Assembly: GCA_965205505.1 (NCBI GenBank)
Contig: CBDBHB010000009.1
Location: 2,688,001 to 2,752,000 of the forward strand
Reading direction: 5' to 3'
Source: Acidobacteriota bacterium
GTDB lineage: Bacteria; Acidobacteriota; UBA890; WLXD01
DNA length: 64,000 nucleotides
Shown here: positions 52,392 to 62,555 of the stretch, piece after piece
How the letters are laid out: the number at the start of each line of letters is the position of its first letter
How positions within the stretch are numbered: position 1 is the first letter of the stretch
Program-made: the position numbers and the translations under genes
The notes under the pieces: model-generated
Seen by the model: the letters and a program-made list of their open reading frames with translations, nothing else
What the model was told of the DNA's origin: nothing
The model's database searches: none

Positions 52392-54353
52392 TCAGTAGTT
52401 CGGAATTCCGACCTGGCTGCGCTGTCGGTCGGGGAACATCGCCAGAATGGAGCCCAGCGCCAGCACCGCGAGACCGATCCAGATCCACTTCACCAGTGGA
52501 TTCAAGTATGCCTTGAACGTCGCCGTCTGCTGCGCATCCCAACCAGCGAGCACAATGTACAGATCGTGGCGCAGGCTGCTCCAGATCGCTACTTCCGTGG
52601 TGGGGTTTTCCTGCGCCGGATGGAAGTGCCGTTGCGGTACCAGTCGGAACCGCGGGCGGCCTCCAGCAAAGGCGATCAGCGAAGCCGAGCTCACCTCGAC
52701 CCCGCTCACCTGGAAGTGGTTGAGCTCCTCGTATTGGAGCCGATAGCTGCCGATATCGACGGTCTCGCCCGGGCGCAGCGTCGCCTCTACCTCGCGCTGG
52801 AACACGCTGGATCCGGTGATACCTACGGCCATCAGAACGATCCCTACGTGAATGACGTAGCCGCCGTAGCGGCGTTTGTTGCGCATCGTCAGGCCGAGCA
52901 GCGCTTGGTGCCACGACTCGTCGTTGGCTGAGGATCGTGCCCTAGTACCGCGCCAAAATTCCTGGACAACGGTGCCAACAACGAACGCCGACAGGCCGAT
53001 CGACATGAGCGCGTAGGGGCCGCCGACGCGCATCACCAGCATCACGATCATCGCGCCAAGCCCTGAGATGCTTGGCCATACGAATGCCCGACGCAGGCTG
53101 GGCCACGAGGCCCGTCGCCAGGCGATGAGCGGGCCGATTCCGGTCAGCGCCAGGAGCATGAGGAAGATGGGCACGTTCACGCGGTTGAAGAAAGGCGGCC
53201 CGACGGTGATCTTGACGCCGTTTATCGCCTCGCTGATCACCGGGAACATAGTTCCCCAGAGCACCGCGAAACAGGACACCACCAAGACGAGATTGTTAAA
53301 CAGAAACGATGACTCGCGCGACAGCACCGACTCGAGCTGATTCTTGCTCCGGAGGTCGGGAAGTCGCCACGCCACCAAGCCGAGACTGACTGCAAGGATG
53401 ACCGCCAGGAAGATGGCGAACAACGGGCCCAGGTTCGAAGTTGTGAATGCGTGTACTGACGAGACGATTCCCGAGCGGGTGAGGAACGTACCGAAGATGC
53501 ATAGTGCGAAGGTCGCGATGACCATCAGCATGTTCCACACCCGCAGCATCTGTTTCTTCTCTTCGATCATCACCGAGTGCAGATATGCGGTCGCTACGAG
53601 CCAGGGCATCAACGAGGCGTTTTCCACCGGATCCCAGCCCCAGTAGCCTCCCCAGCCGAGCTCGACGTAAGCCCATTGCGCTCCCAGCGTGATGCCGATG
53701 GACAGGAAGAACCAGGCAACAATCGTCCAACGTCGAATAGCATGCAGCCACGACGTATCTAGCCGACCGCTGGCCAGCGCGGCGATCGCGAAGGCGAACG
53801 GGATCGTGAACCCCACAAAGCCGAGATACAGGTTGGGCGGGTGGATGGCCATCGCCGGGTTCTGCAAGAGCGGGTTCAGGCCACGCCCATCCAGCGGCGT
53901 GAAGGGCAGCGTCTCGAACGGATCCGCGGCGAACAGCTGCAGCGCAATGAAGAACATCGCCGTCGTCATGCATACGGCATAGACGTAGGGCATGAGCTCC
54001 GGGTGGCTTCGCCTGTTAGTCCACACGGCCAGGGACGAGTACATGCACAGAACCACAGTCCACAACAGTAACGACCCGGCCATCCCCCCCCAGAGCGCCG
54101 AGATCTTGTACACGAGTGGCTGGTCGATACGTGAGTTCTCGGCTACGTAGCGAACGACGAAGCGATCGTTGGCCATCAACCAGAGAAGCGACCCAACGGC
54201 GACCACTACCAGGCCCGAGGTCACGTACACGCCGTTGCGGGCGCTCGCTATGAGGCTAGCCTGCCGGCGGCGGACGCCGAGCAGCGCCACCGCAATCGTG
54301 TATGCCGCCGTGCCAAACGCGGCGATCAGGGCACTGTGACCTAGGACGATCAA
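52392..54353 (-). CDS. ccmF: Heme lyase CcmF
   Basis: WGGMAGSLLLW, GLNPLLQ, HPPNLYLG, WAYVELGWGGYWGWDPVENASLMPW, TFLTRSG..SVHAF. Confidence 0.96.
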   Translation of the reverse strand: MIVLGHSALIAAFGTAAYTIAVALLGVRRRQASLIASARNGVYVTSGLVVVAVGSLLWLMANDRFVVRYVAENSRIDQPLVYKISALWGGMAGSLLLWTVVLCMYSSLAVWTNRRSHPELMPYVYAVCMTTAMFFIALQLFAADPFETLPFTPLDGRGLNPLLQNPAMAIHPPNLYLGFVGFTIPFAFAIAALASGRLDTSWLHAIRRWTIVAWFFLSIGITLGAQWAYVELGWGGYWGWDPVENASLMPWLVATAYLHSVMIEEKKQMLRVWNMLMVIATFALCIFGTFLTRSGIVSSVHAFTTSNLGPLFAIFLAVILAVSLGLVAWRLPDLRSKNQLESVLSRESSFLFNNLVLVVSCFAVLWGTMFPVISEAINGVKITVGPPFFNRVNVPIFLMLLALTGIGPLIAWRRASWPSLRRAFVWPSISGLGAMIVMLVMRVGGPYALMSIGLSAFVVGTVVQEFWRGTRARSSANDESWHQALLGLTMRNKRRYGGYVIHVGIVLMAVGITGSSVFQREVEATLRPGETVDIGSYRLQYEELNHFQVSGVEVSSASLIAFAGGRPRFRLVPQRHFHPAQENPTTEVAIWSSLRHDLYIVLAGWDAQQTATFKAYLNPLVKWIWIGLAVLALGSILAMFPDRQRSQVGIPNY

Positions 54354-54378
54354 CTGCGGGAAGCTCCGCTGCCCGTGA

Positions 54379-54828
54379 TCAGGGCGAGGTCTGGGTTCGG
54401 GCTGCTACGCCGGCCTCGCGGTACTTGGAGAGGTCGGTCTCGGCCTCGTACTTCGAGGGGCACTTGGCCATCACGAAGGTGGCGTGGAACACGCCGTCCG
54501 CACCCAGTTTGCCTTCGACCACGGCGTCGGCACCGTCAACCAGAGTATCTGGCGTAATGCCGTGGTAGGTGACCGGAATCTGGAAGCCACCTTCCTGGAT
54601 CACGAAACGCCGATCGAGATGATTCGTGTCCGACACCTGAATCGTGCCGGCGACAACCTTGCCAGCAACGCGCAGCGGGACGTTGCCGAGCGTGTCACGC
54701 TGCGAGGAGACCTCGCTGACGGTATAGTAGAACACCATCGTGTCGCGCATGCCGGTAACGATCAGGTAGCCGAGCGCTGTGGCCACGATCAACCCCGCGA
54801 TCACGATCCCTTTACTTCGAATGCCCAT
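54379..54828 (-). CDS. ccmE: Heme chaperone CcmE, CxxxY variant
   Basis: FYYTVSE, RVAGKV, YHGITPD, VEG, MAKCPSKY. Confidence 0.92.
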   Translation of the reverse strand: MGIRSKGIVIAGLIVATALGYLIVTGMRDTMVFYYTVSEVSSQRDTLGNVPLRVAGKVVAGTIQVSDTNHLDRRFVIQEGGFQIPVTYHGITPDTLVDGADAVVEGKLGADGVFHATFVMAKCPSKYEAETDLSKYREAGVAARTQTSP

Positions 54829-55179
54829 GGAATCGCTCCCTACAATTCGTGCCGAGAAACCAGTTAGAGGTTAGCACAGCGGGTATCGCGCCGATCATTC
54901 CGAGGTGTTCCGTCGTAGGCTTCTTTCGGGCTCGCAAGTGCGCTTCAATGGAGCGCTCGAGGCCGAGCGAGTCGAGCCGAAACTTGAACACCTTGCGGCC
55001 GGCCAGCACCCCGACCGGTATCTGCGCACCGTACTTCCGCTCCCAGCCTGGATCGAGCCCGACATTGCGCTCCTCTATACGCAGAGCTAGCGGGCTACGA
55101 ATGGTGCCAGGGCCTCCTTGGCCTCATCGCAAAGGTGGCAACCGGGGCGGCTGTAAAGCACCAACAGCAACTCGGACAT
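54812..55179 (-). pseudogene. Glutaredoxin-like (DUF836) protein, frameshifted near 55090
   Basis: LYSRPGCHLCDEAK... then in another frame IEERNV..DPGWERKYGAQIPV...VFKFRLD. Confidence 0.72.
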
Positions 55180-55305
55180 TGCCTCCACCACGGCCTGTTG
55201 ATCCGGCGTTAGGGACTGTACGCCGTGGTAACATCGGCCGCCGTTCGCAGCCTCTGTTCGTCGGCGCCGTCTGCCGGCACCCTCCGCGCGACCTTCCACG
55301 TGACG

Positions 55306-56112
55306 ATGTTTGACGGACTTCGTGTCACCTTTCTGGGTACGGGCACCTCGGCGGGGATTCCTGTCATCACCTGCGGCTGCGATGTTTGCACATCTGCCGA
55401 TCCTCGCAACCGGCGTTTGCGTGCCAGCTTGTTGCTGGAATGGTCCACACCCGATGGGGAGGTGGCCAAGGTACTCGTGGATACTGCAACCGATCTTCGC
55501 CAGCAGGCGCTGCGAGCGGGCATCGACCGGGTCGACGCGGTGATGTATACGCATGCTCATGCCGACCATGTTCTGGGGCTCGACGAGCTCAGAATCTTCA
55601 ACTTCGTGCACCGACGGGCGATCCCGCTCTACGGTGATGGTCGAACGCTCGCCGCGCTGCAGGGAATGTTCGAGTATGCCTTCGATCCTGACGCCATCGC
55701 CGTACCAAGGCTGACACCTATAGAGATCGGCGATTGTTTCGAGCTACTCGGGTTGACGGTCGAGGCAATCGCTTTGCCACATGGGCAGGGAACCGTGCGG
55801 GCATTCCGCATCGGCGACTTCGCCTACGCGACGGACTGCAACGAGATCCCCGCCGATGCCGCCGCCCGGCTGCGCGGTCTCGATGTGCTGGTCGTTGACG
55901 CGCTTCGTCGTAAGCCACATCGGTCGCACTTCACCGTAGAACAGGCGCTGGAGCAGGTGGCGAGACTGCGACCCAGGCAGGCCTACCTGACTCATTTGAG
56001 CCACGATCTGGAACACGCGGACATCCAGGCGAGCCTCCCCGACGGCGTCGCCGTGGCGCACGACGAGCTTACCCTCGAGCTGACCCTACCGGAGCGATCC
56101 CGATGCGTGTAG
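55306..56112 (+). CDS. PhnP-like metallo-beta-lactamase-fold phosphodiesterase
   Basis: LGTGTSAGIP..CGCDVC.S.DPRN.R.R, THAHADH, YATD, THLSH. Confidence 0.88.
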   Translation: MFDGLRVTFLGTGTSAGIPVITCGCDVCTSADPRNRRLRASLLLEWSTPDGEVAKVLVDTATDLRQQALRAGIDRVDAVMYTHAHADHVLGLDELRIFNFVHRRAIPLYGDGRTLAALQGMFEYAFDPDAIAVPRLTPIEIGDCFELLGLTVEAIALPHGQGTVRAFRIGDFAYATDCNEIPADAAARLRGLDVLVVDALRRKPHRSHFTVEQALEQVARLRPRQAYLTHLSHDLEHADIQASLPDGVAVAHDELTLELTLPERSRCV

Positions 56113-57041
56113 TGCGCGGGTTTCGCCATCTGGATCTTCACCTCGATCGCCCGGCGGTGACCATCGGAAACTTCGACGGTGTGCACCTGGGACATCAGGA
56201 GGTCATGCGCCGAACGACGGATGGGGCACGCCAGCGAGGCGCGAAGGCCGTCGTGTGCACTTTCGATCCCCACACCATGGCAGTGCTATCGGACAATCCC
56301 CCGGCGTCGCTGCAGACCACCGAGCAGCGCATTGCGGCGATCGAGGCGGTCGGTGTCGACGTGGCGGTGGTGATCCCTTTCGATCGCCAGATCGCCGCGA
56401 TCGGCCGAAGGCGATTCGTCGATGACTTCCTCATCGCCGAGCTCGATGTGGGCTCGGTGCATGTCAGCGAGGGGTTTTCCTTCGGTCGCGAGCGCGCCGG
56501 CCGAACGGCGTATCTAGAGCGCCGGGCGGAGGACGCCGGGTTCACCGTCGAGCGCGTTCCAGCGGTCGTCGTGGATGGCGAGCCGGTCTCGTCGTCGCGC
56601 GTCCGTGAGCTCATCGGCAGGGGCAAGATCGAGGCGGCGGCGGCGTTGCTCGGCAGGCCCTACGCACTTGCCGGGGAAATCGTCTCCGGAAGGGGCCGCG
56701 GCCGGCTGCTAGCGGCGCCCACGGCGAATCTCGAGCTTGGCGACGCCTGCACGCCGCGCCGCGGCGTGTATGTGGCCGAAGTGAGGCTCGATGGTGAGAC
56801 CCATCAGGCGGTCGCGAATATTGGCAGTCGACCAACATTCGAGGCCCACGGAGACCTCGTTGCCGAGGCTCACATGCTTGATTTCACCGAGTCGATCTAC
56901 GGTCGTAACATCGAGCTTGGGCTGCTGCGCATGCTTCGCGAGGAGCGCACGTTTCCGGATGGCGCGGCGCTCGCGGCGCAGATCCAAGACGATGTTCGAG
57001 CAACTCGACATTATTTCCAAACGCGGTCGACATCGCCCTGA
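56103..57041 (+). CDS. ribF: Bifunctional riboflavin kinase/FAD synthetase
   Basis: TIGNFDGVHLGHQ, TFDPH, VSSSRVR, LLGRPY, PTAN, NIGSRPTF, EAH. Confidence 0.95.
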   Translation: MRVVRGFRHLDLHLDRPAVTIGNFDGVHLGHQEVMRRTTDGARQRGAKAVVCTFDPHTMAVLSDNPPASLQTTEQRIAAIEAVGVDVAVVIPFDRQIAAIGRRRFVDDFLIAELDVGSVHVSEGFSFGRERAGRTAYLERRAEDAGFTVERVPAVVVDGEPVSSSRVRELIGRGKIEAAAALLGRPYALAGEIVSGRGRGRLLAAPTANLELGDACTPRRGVYVAEVRLDGETHQAVANIGSRPTFEAHGDLVAEAHMLDFTESIYGRNIELGLLRMLREERTFPDGAALAAQIQDDVRATRHYFQTRSTSP

Positions 57042-57147
57042 GACGTTGCTTCCGGCGGAACCCGGTTCAAGGGATAGCGTGAGCTATACTGCCACCTTCT
57101 GACGTTCGGGCGCCGCGTCCATCGGCCATGAGGCGATCACTGCGATC

Positions 57148-57432
57148 ATGAACCACGAGCTTGTTGGCGAGGAGGTCACCCTCACCGGGACGGCCTCCGG
57201 GATGCTCCGTCTCGTTGTGGACGCCACTGAGTCTTTCATGACCGCCGCCGGCGCTGCCGGATGCGATAGCGCTCAACTGGAGGCCGGTGTTCGACAGGCG
57301 CTCGACGATATCGGAGAGACGTCGGCCACCGCGATTCGTGCTCGGTTGATCGTCGTCACCGAGGGCATCGACGTGATCATCGGTCCCGATGCCGAGGGCG
57401 CGGAGTCGCACACGGTTTCGTGCCGCGTCTAG
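57148..57432 (+). CDS. Small hypothetical protein
   Basis: Open frame with natural composition between ribF and cysS; its stop coincides with the MITE CTAG. Confidence 0.55.
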   Translation: MNHELVGEEVTLTGTASGMLRLVVDATESFMTAAGAAGCDSAQLEAGVRQALDDIGETSATAIRARLIVVTEGIDVIIGPDAEGAESHTVSCRV

Positions 57433-57709
57433 CAGGCCGTGGTGAGAGTGTGATGGGTCTGGTTACGCCGCCAAGGGCGCAGCTGCAAGGCGCAGCGACG
57501 CCAGCAATGCCTCCGCGCATCGTTCAGGAGCGGCAACGCCGCAGATGTACCGTTGGCGGCGTAACCCTTCGGGCAAGTGGGAGTTACGGGCAAATGGCAT
57601 CGTCGTTCCTCCTCGACGATGGGCACCGCATCGCCATCCTCATCGCGCCTTGAGCTTGCCCCCATCTCGACCCAGCAATATGCAACGAACCTCTGCTACA
57701 GGCCACTAG
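57429..57709. repeat. Chimeric 281-bp MITE-like element (A-type left end, B-type right end)
   Basis: CTAGCAGGCCGTGGTGAGAGTG ... CCCTTCGGG ... CTCTGCTACAGGCCACTAG. Confidence 0.85.
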
Positions 57710-59190
57710 TGTCAACGCGCCTCTACAACACATCAACACGCCGCAAGGAACAGTTCGAGCCACTGTTGCCGCCGCGGGTGTGCGTTTACTCGTGTGGCCC
57801 CACGGTCTACGACACACCTCACATCGGCAACTACCGCTTCTTCGTATGGGTTGACCTCGTGCACCGCTACCTTGCGTGGCGCGGCTACGACGTGAACCTG
57901 GTGATGAACATCACCGACATCGACGACCGCACTATCTCCGGCGCGCTTCAAGCCGGGGTGCCGCTGCGAGAGCACACGGAACCGTTCGTCGACCAGTTTC
58001 TCAGCGGCCTCGAAGTGCTCGGAGTGCGGCCGGCGGCGTGCTATCCGAGGGCGACCGATCACGTCGAGGAAATGATCGACCTGATCTCTCGGCTGCTAGC
58101 CAACGATCATGCCTATGTTGCCGAAGGCAACGTCTTCTTCCGAGTGGGGTCGTTCGCCTCCTACGGTCAGCTGGCGCGGCTCGATCCGGAAGCGATGAAG
58201 TCGACGGAGCGTGTCGAAGGCGACCGGCTGGCGAAGGAGGAACCCCGCGACTTCACGCTATGGAAGGCGGCTATCCGAGGTGAGCCATCGTGGCCATCTC
58301 CGTTCGGCGAAGGCAGACCGGGGTGGCACCTGGAGTGCTCGGCGATGAGCATGAAGTACCTGGGTGAGACCTTCGACATTCATCTTGGCGGCGCCGATCT
58401 GATCTTCCCTCATCACGAGAACGAGATCGCACAGAGCGAAGCCGCTACCGGTGTGCAGTTCGTCCGTTACTGGATGCACTGCAGCCACCTGATCGTTGAC
58501 GGCACCAAGATGTCCAAGTCGCTGGGGAACTTCTACACCCTGGCCCAGCTGCTCGAGGCAGGCCATGATCCGATGGCGATTCGCTACTTGCTTGCCAAGG
58601 TGCACTACCGTCGCCCGCTCAACTTCACCTTCGAGGCCATAGAACAGGCCGCGGCATCGATCGGCCGGGTGCACGAGCTGTTGGCACGAATCGAGGAGCG
58701 ATCACAGCGTCTGCCGAGTGACGATCCCGAACGAGCGTCGTCGTTGCGTGCCGCTCTCCGCGACGCTCAGCGGGATTTCGGTGCAGCCATCGACGACGAC
58801 CTCAACAGCGCCGGGGCTTTGGGCCATGTGTTCAGCCTCGTGCGTGAGGTCAACACCGCCCTCGACCGAGAGGAGGCCGATCGCAGCGTTCTCGACGCGG
58901 TGACCGAGTGGCTCGTGGATGTAGATTCGCTGTGGGGCATCCTGCCGCGCGACGAGCGACGTGAGCTCGATATCGACCATGAGGGGACGAGCATCCGCGC
59001 CAGTGGTCCGGTGGTTCCGCCCGGCGTCGAGGCGATGATCGTGCAGCGTGCGAAGGCACGCATGGCGCGTGATTTCGAGGCCTCCGACGCTCTCCGGAAA
59101 CAACTCCGTGAGCTGGGTGTAGAGCTCGAAGACACGGCCGAGGGGGTGCGCTGGCGGCGCGTGGCAGCGGGGAGCGTCGCGGATAGCTGA
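57709..59190 (+). CDS. cysS: Cysteine--tRNA ligase
   Basis: [41 protein letters not shown]. Confidence 0.97.
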   Translation: MSTRLYNTSTRRKEQFEPLLPPRVCVYSCGPTVYDTPHIGNYRFFVWVDLVHRYLAWRGYDVNLVMNITDIDDRTISGALQAGVPLREHTEPFVDQFLSGLEVLGVRPAACYPRATDHVEEMIDLISRLLANDHAYVAEGNVFFRVGSFASYGQLARLDPEAMKSTERVEGDRLAKEEPRDFTLWKAAIRGEPSWPSPFGEGRPGWHLECSAMSMKYLGETFDIHLGGADLIFPHHENEIAQSEAATGVQFVRYWMHCSHLIVDGTKMSKSLGNFYTLAQLLEAGHDPMAIRYLLAKVHYRRPLNFTFEAIEQAAASIGRVHELLARIEERSQRLPSDDPERASSLRAALRDAQRDFGAAIDDDLNSAGALGHVFSLVREVNTALDREEADRSVLDAVTEWLVDVDSLWGILPRDERRELDIDHEGTSIRASGPVVPPGVEAMIVQRAKARMARDFEASDALRKQLRELGVELEDTAEGVRWRRVAAGSVADS

Positions 59191-59209
59191 CCGTCTCCAT
59201 GGTTTGCAC

Positions 59210-59587
59210 ATGGGACAGCACAGCGCCTGGCGCAGTCGTTTCGGCCGCGCCGCCGAGCGCCATGCAGAGCAGTTGCTCACCCGGGCCGGCTTGCGGGTGA
59301 TCGAACGCCGTTTCCGCAGGGCAGGAGGCGAGATCGACTTGATCGCCCTCGACGAGGACGGAGGCTTGGTATTCGTCGAGGTGAAGGCGCGGCGTTCGGA
59401 TCGCTTTGGAGCACCCTTCGAGGCGGTCGATCGTCGCAAGCAGCGCCGCCTGGCGCGCGCCGCCGCAGCGTTTCTACACGAATACGAGCAGCCGTTCCAA
59501 TCAGCCCGATTCGACGTTGTGTCCTTGCTGACCGATGGGCGAGGCAGCCTGCTGTCGGAGTGGGTTCGCGACGCCTTCCGGATTTGA
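59210..59587 (+). CDS. yraN: YraN/UPF0102 endonuclease-like protein
   Basis: GRAAE, GEIDLIA, FVEVKAR, EAVD..KQ, RFDVV. Confidence 0.92.
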   Translation: MGQHSAWRSRFGRAAERHAEQLLTRAGLRVIERRFRRAGGEIDLIALDEDGGLVFVEVKARRSDRFGAPFEAVDRRKQRRLARAAAAFLHEYEQPFQSARFDVVSLLTDGRGSLLSEWVRDAFRI

Positions 59588-59596
59588 TAGCCGCGG

Positions 59597-60496
59597 TTAC
59601 GCCCACAGTCGCGCTGCGGCTCGTACCGTGTTGCCGTGAATTGTCACGGTGTCCTCGACACGGCGGGCGTAGCCGCCCGCCAGCACCACAGCCACGGGAA
59701 TCTGGTGCTGTTCGCAGGCGCCCAGAACCAACTCGTCGCGGTGTCGAAGCCCATCGATTGACAGCGCCAGCGAACCGAGTTGATCCTCCACGTACGGATC
59801 TGCTCCGGCCACGTAGATGGCAAGCTCGGGCTGGTGTGTGGCGATCAACGGTATCAGGCTCGAGCTCAATTCCCTCGAGTACTGTTCATCTCCGGTGCCC
59901 GATCCTAGTCCGACATCGACGGTGCTCGGTGGCTTGTAGAACGGGTAGATATCTTGTTGGTGGATCGAGAACGTAGCTACGGCCGGATCGTTGGCGAAGA
60001 TCGCGGCGGTGCCGTTGCCTTGATGCACGTCACAGTCGATCACGATGGCACGCTCGATGCGACCCTCCGCCAGCAAGGTGCGGACCGCGCAGGCCGGGTC
60101 GTTGAACACGCAGAAGCCCTCGCCGTGGTCAGGGAATGCGTGGTGAAAGCCGCCGCCGATGTGGATACCCACCCCGTGCTCGAGCGCCAGGCGAGCCGCC
60201 ATGCTCGTGCCGCGGACGCACCGCATCGAGGCCTCAAGTAGCGCTGGCGACCAGGGCAGCTCCAACTGAGCGATCTCGGTGGCCGAGAGTTTGCCGCTCA
60301 GGCACCTCGAGACGTAGCCCGGCGTATGGACTCGTCGTAGCTCGTCCTCGTCGGCCGGATCCGGATCCACGATCTCGGTTGGGCTGAGCGTTCCGTCGGC
60401 CAATAGGCGAGCTATCAGCAGCGCGTACTTGTTCGTCGGGAACACGTGGGCGCCGATGTCGACGCCGTATCGGGACGAGGTGACGACCTGTCGCAT
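59597..60496 (-). CDS. Histone deacetylase-family protein
   Basis: HVFP..KY, GGGFHHA, GFCVFND, DCDVHQGNGT, AGADP..D.LG, GGY. Confidence 0.92.
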   Translation of the reverse strand: MRQVVTSSRYGVDIGAHVFPTNKYALLIARLLADGTLSPTEIVDPDPADEDELRRVHTPGYVSRCLSGKLSATEIAQLELPWSPALLEASMRCVRGTSMAARLALEHGVGIHIGGGFHHAFPDHGEGFCVFNDPACAVRTLLAEGRIERAIVIDCDVHQGNGTAAIFANDPAVATFSIHQQDIYPFYKPPSTVDVGLGSGTGDEQYSRELSSSLIPLIATHQPELAIYVAGADPYVEDQLGSLALSIDGLRHRDELVLGACEQHQIPVAVVLAGGYARRVEDTVTIHGNTVRAAARLWA

Positions 60497-60516
60497 GACG
60501 ACGAATTATAGAGTTC

Positions 60517-60545
60517 TTGCCTGTGTCTCACCCCGCCGATATCCT
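60517..60545 (+). promoter_or_regulatory. Sigma70-like promoter of the tRNA pair
   Basis: TTGCCT-N17-TATCCT ending 12 bp before tRNA-Gly. Confidence 0.5.
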
Positions 60546-60557
60546 GTTGATTCCGGA

Positions 60558-60633
60558 GCGGGAATAGCTCAGCTGGTAGAGCGCAACGTTGCCAACGTTG
60601 AGGTCGCGGGTTCGAATCCCGTTTCCCGCTCCA
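60558..60633 (+). tRNA. tRNA-Gly (GCC)
   Basis: GCGGGAA/TTCCCGC acceptor stem, CAACG-TTGCCAA-CGTTG anticodon arm, GGTTCGAATCC, encoded CCA. Confidence 0.97.
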
Positions 60634-60721
60634 ACTAATCTTGGCGCGCGGACCCTCTTCGCGCGTAGATCCGGCCGCCCCCACAGCACGTCGGGGCGAG
60701 TCCGGCGTCGACCCTTGATGA

Positions 60722-60793
60722 GGCGGCGTAGCCAAGTGGTAAGGCAGCGGTCTGCAAAACCGCGATTCGGCGGTTCGATCCCGCCCGCCGCCT
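60722..60793 (+). tRNA. tRNA-Cys (GCA)
   Basis: GGCGGCG/CGCCGCC acceptor stem, GCGGT-CTGCAAA-ACCGC, GGTTCGATCC, U discriminator; CCA not encoded. Confidence 0.95.
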
Positions 60794-60855
60794 CCTCCTT
60801 TGCACACGCCGCTGATGTCGAAGCCACTCGACATCGACGTGGCCGACGTGTTGTC

Positions 60856-61395
60856 GTGCGTATCGTGGGGTTGGCCGTCTTGGTTGGCCTGACGCTATGT
60901 TCGCAGTCGATGACCTCCGTCGCGGCCATCCAGCAGGAGCCCACACCGCCGGACCAGCCGCCGCTCGAGTGGACAAACTGGATCTCTGACGTACCGGTGG
61001 TGGACATGACGGGTGAGTGGGTGTTCGACACCGCGTCGAGCGACCCGATGGTCGAGGTATGGCGCGAGCGTGAGGTGGTCTACCAGATCGACCAGCAGCT
61101 CGATCGGATCGTTTTCGAGTTCCGACCCGAGAACGGACAGCAGAACGTGCAGACGTATCGCTGGGGCGGGTCGATCAGCGAGTTTCAGCGCGGCGATGCC
61201 GAAGTGCGTGAGCGCGCCCGATGGACGGAGGGCGGCCGCGTTCTCGAGGTCGAAGGTCGTTGGTGGACGTTCGACGATCTGTCGACGGTGCGGCAGTACA
61301 CCTTCCGCTACGAGACGACGAGCTTCGACATGCTTGTCCTTACGCAGGGCGATGAGCACGGCACGACGATGTGGCGTTTCCGTCGCCGCCGTTAA
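60856..61395 (+). CDS. Secreted hypothetical protein (possible beta-barrel)
   Basis: Signal-like N-terminus; DMTGEWVFD..SSD and alternating beta strands; start uncertain. Confidence 0.6.
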   Translation: MRIVGLAVLVGLTLCSQSMTSVAAIQQEPTPPDQPPLEWTNWISDVPVVDMTGEWVFDTASSDPMVEVWREREVVYQIDQQLDRIVFEFRPENGQQNVQTYRWGGSISEFQRGDAEVRERARWTEGGRVLEVEGRWWTFDDLSTVRQYTFRYETTSFDMLVLTQGDEHGTTMWRFRRRR

Positions 61396-61434
61396 CAGGG
61401 TGCTGAAGAACTCTGCTAACAGATCGGCGTCGGA

Positions 61435-62540
61435 TCAGCGGTTGGCTCCGTTTGGCGGAGCCAGGTCCGGGTCGCGCAGGCGGAATCGGTGCAAGAGGCC
61501 CTCGTGGTCGATGACCCAGACCGTACGATCAGGGGCGACAGCCACGATGCGTGCGGAGTAGGGGAGCATCACCGAGCCGCGGTATGCGCCGGAGGTGTCA
61601 TAGCGGTACAACTCGGTGCCGATCGTCCAGGTGCCCTCGGCGGTACGATCGACGTACCCGGCTAGCACCCAATAGAGGCCGCGGGCCTCGTCCCACGAAA
61701 TGTCGGAAGCGGTTCGCGCCACGTGATCAAGGCTCTGGTTGCTAATGTGCCGGGGCAGACTCCCCAGCGGTGCCCAGATGGCGGCCTTGTAAAGGACATC
61801 GATCGTTCCGGTTCTCGACCCGAGTCGATCGTAGATTTGCACCTGGCTGGCGACGTGGGTATGCGCGAGCGCGAAACCACCGCCAGGAGCCGGCGCGAGG
61901 CGGCGAGTGTTGAGCAGAAAGTAGAGGATTCCGACGTCGTGCCGCTGCGGGGGCACGAGGCTATCGAGGAGCTTGCCATCGCGATCCAGCACGCTCACCA
62001 AGGGCTCGGCTTCGGGGCCGAACATGAACGACGTTGTGGGCAGCCGTAGCACGAAGATGTGCTCCGCCGTTCCGACCACCCCGAGCGGGAGGTAGTCGAC
62101 CGGAATCTCGTCGAGCGGCTCGGCTGCGGCACCGAAGCGCGCGAGGCGTCGGTTTCCTGTATCCGCAATCAGGATCTCGCCGTTTGGATACACCCACATC
62201 CCCTCGGGGCGGTTCATCTCGCCGGGCCCGTTACCCTGCCTGCCACGCGACGCGACGAGCTCCCCGGCAGGCGAGAATACCTGCACGCGATGGTTGCCGC
62301 TGTCGAGCACGTAGATTTGGCCCAGGGCGTCGAATCCCAGGGCGGCCGGATTCAAGAAGGCGGTGGCGGCATCAACGGGAGTTTTCCCGAGGGTGCTGAT
62401 CTCCTCGGCCTCCAATGTCCATTCCGCCGGTACGGGAGGCCGCTGGCAGGCGCTGATCAAGCCCAGATTCCACAGGCACAGCCACACCACGTTGCCCGGG
62501 AAAGCGAAACCTCCCGAGCGGTTCCGCCACGACGACGCAA
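61435..62540 (-). CDS. NHL/6-bladed beta-propeller probable lipoprotein (start uncertain)
   Basis: LISAC lipobox; IYVLDSGNHRVQVF..G..GNGPGEM..P, IADTGNRR. Confidence 0.78.
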
Positions 62541-62555
62541 CGCCGCTGCGGTAGC

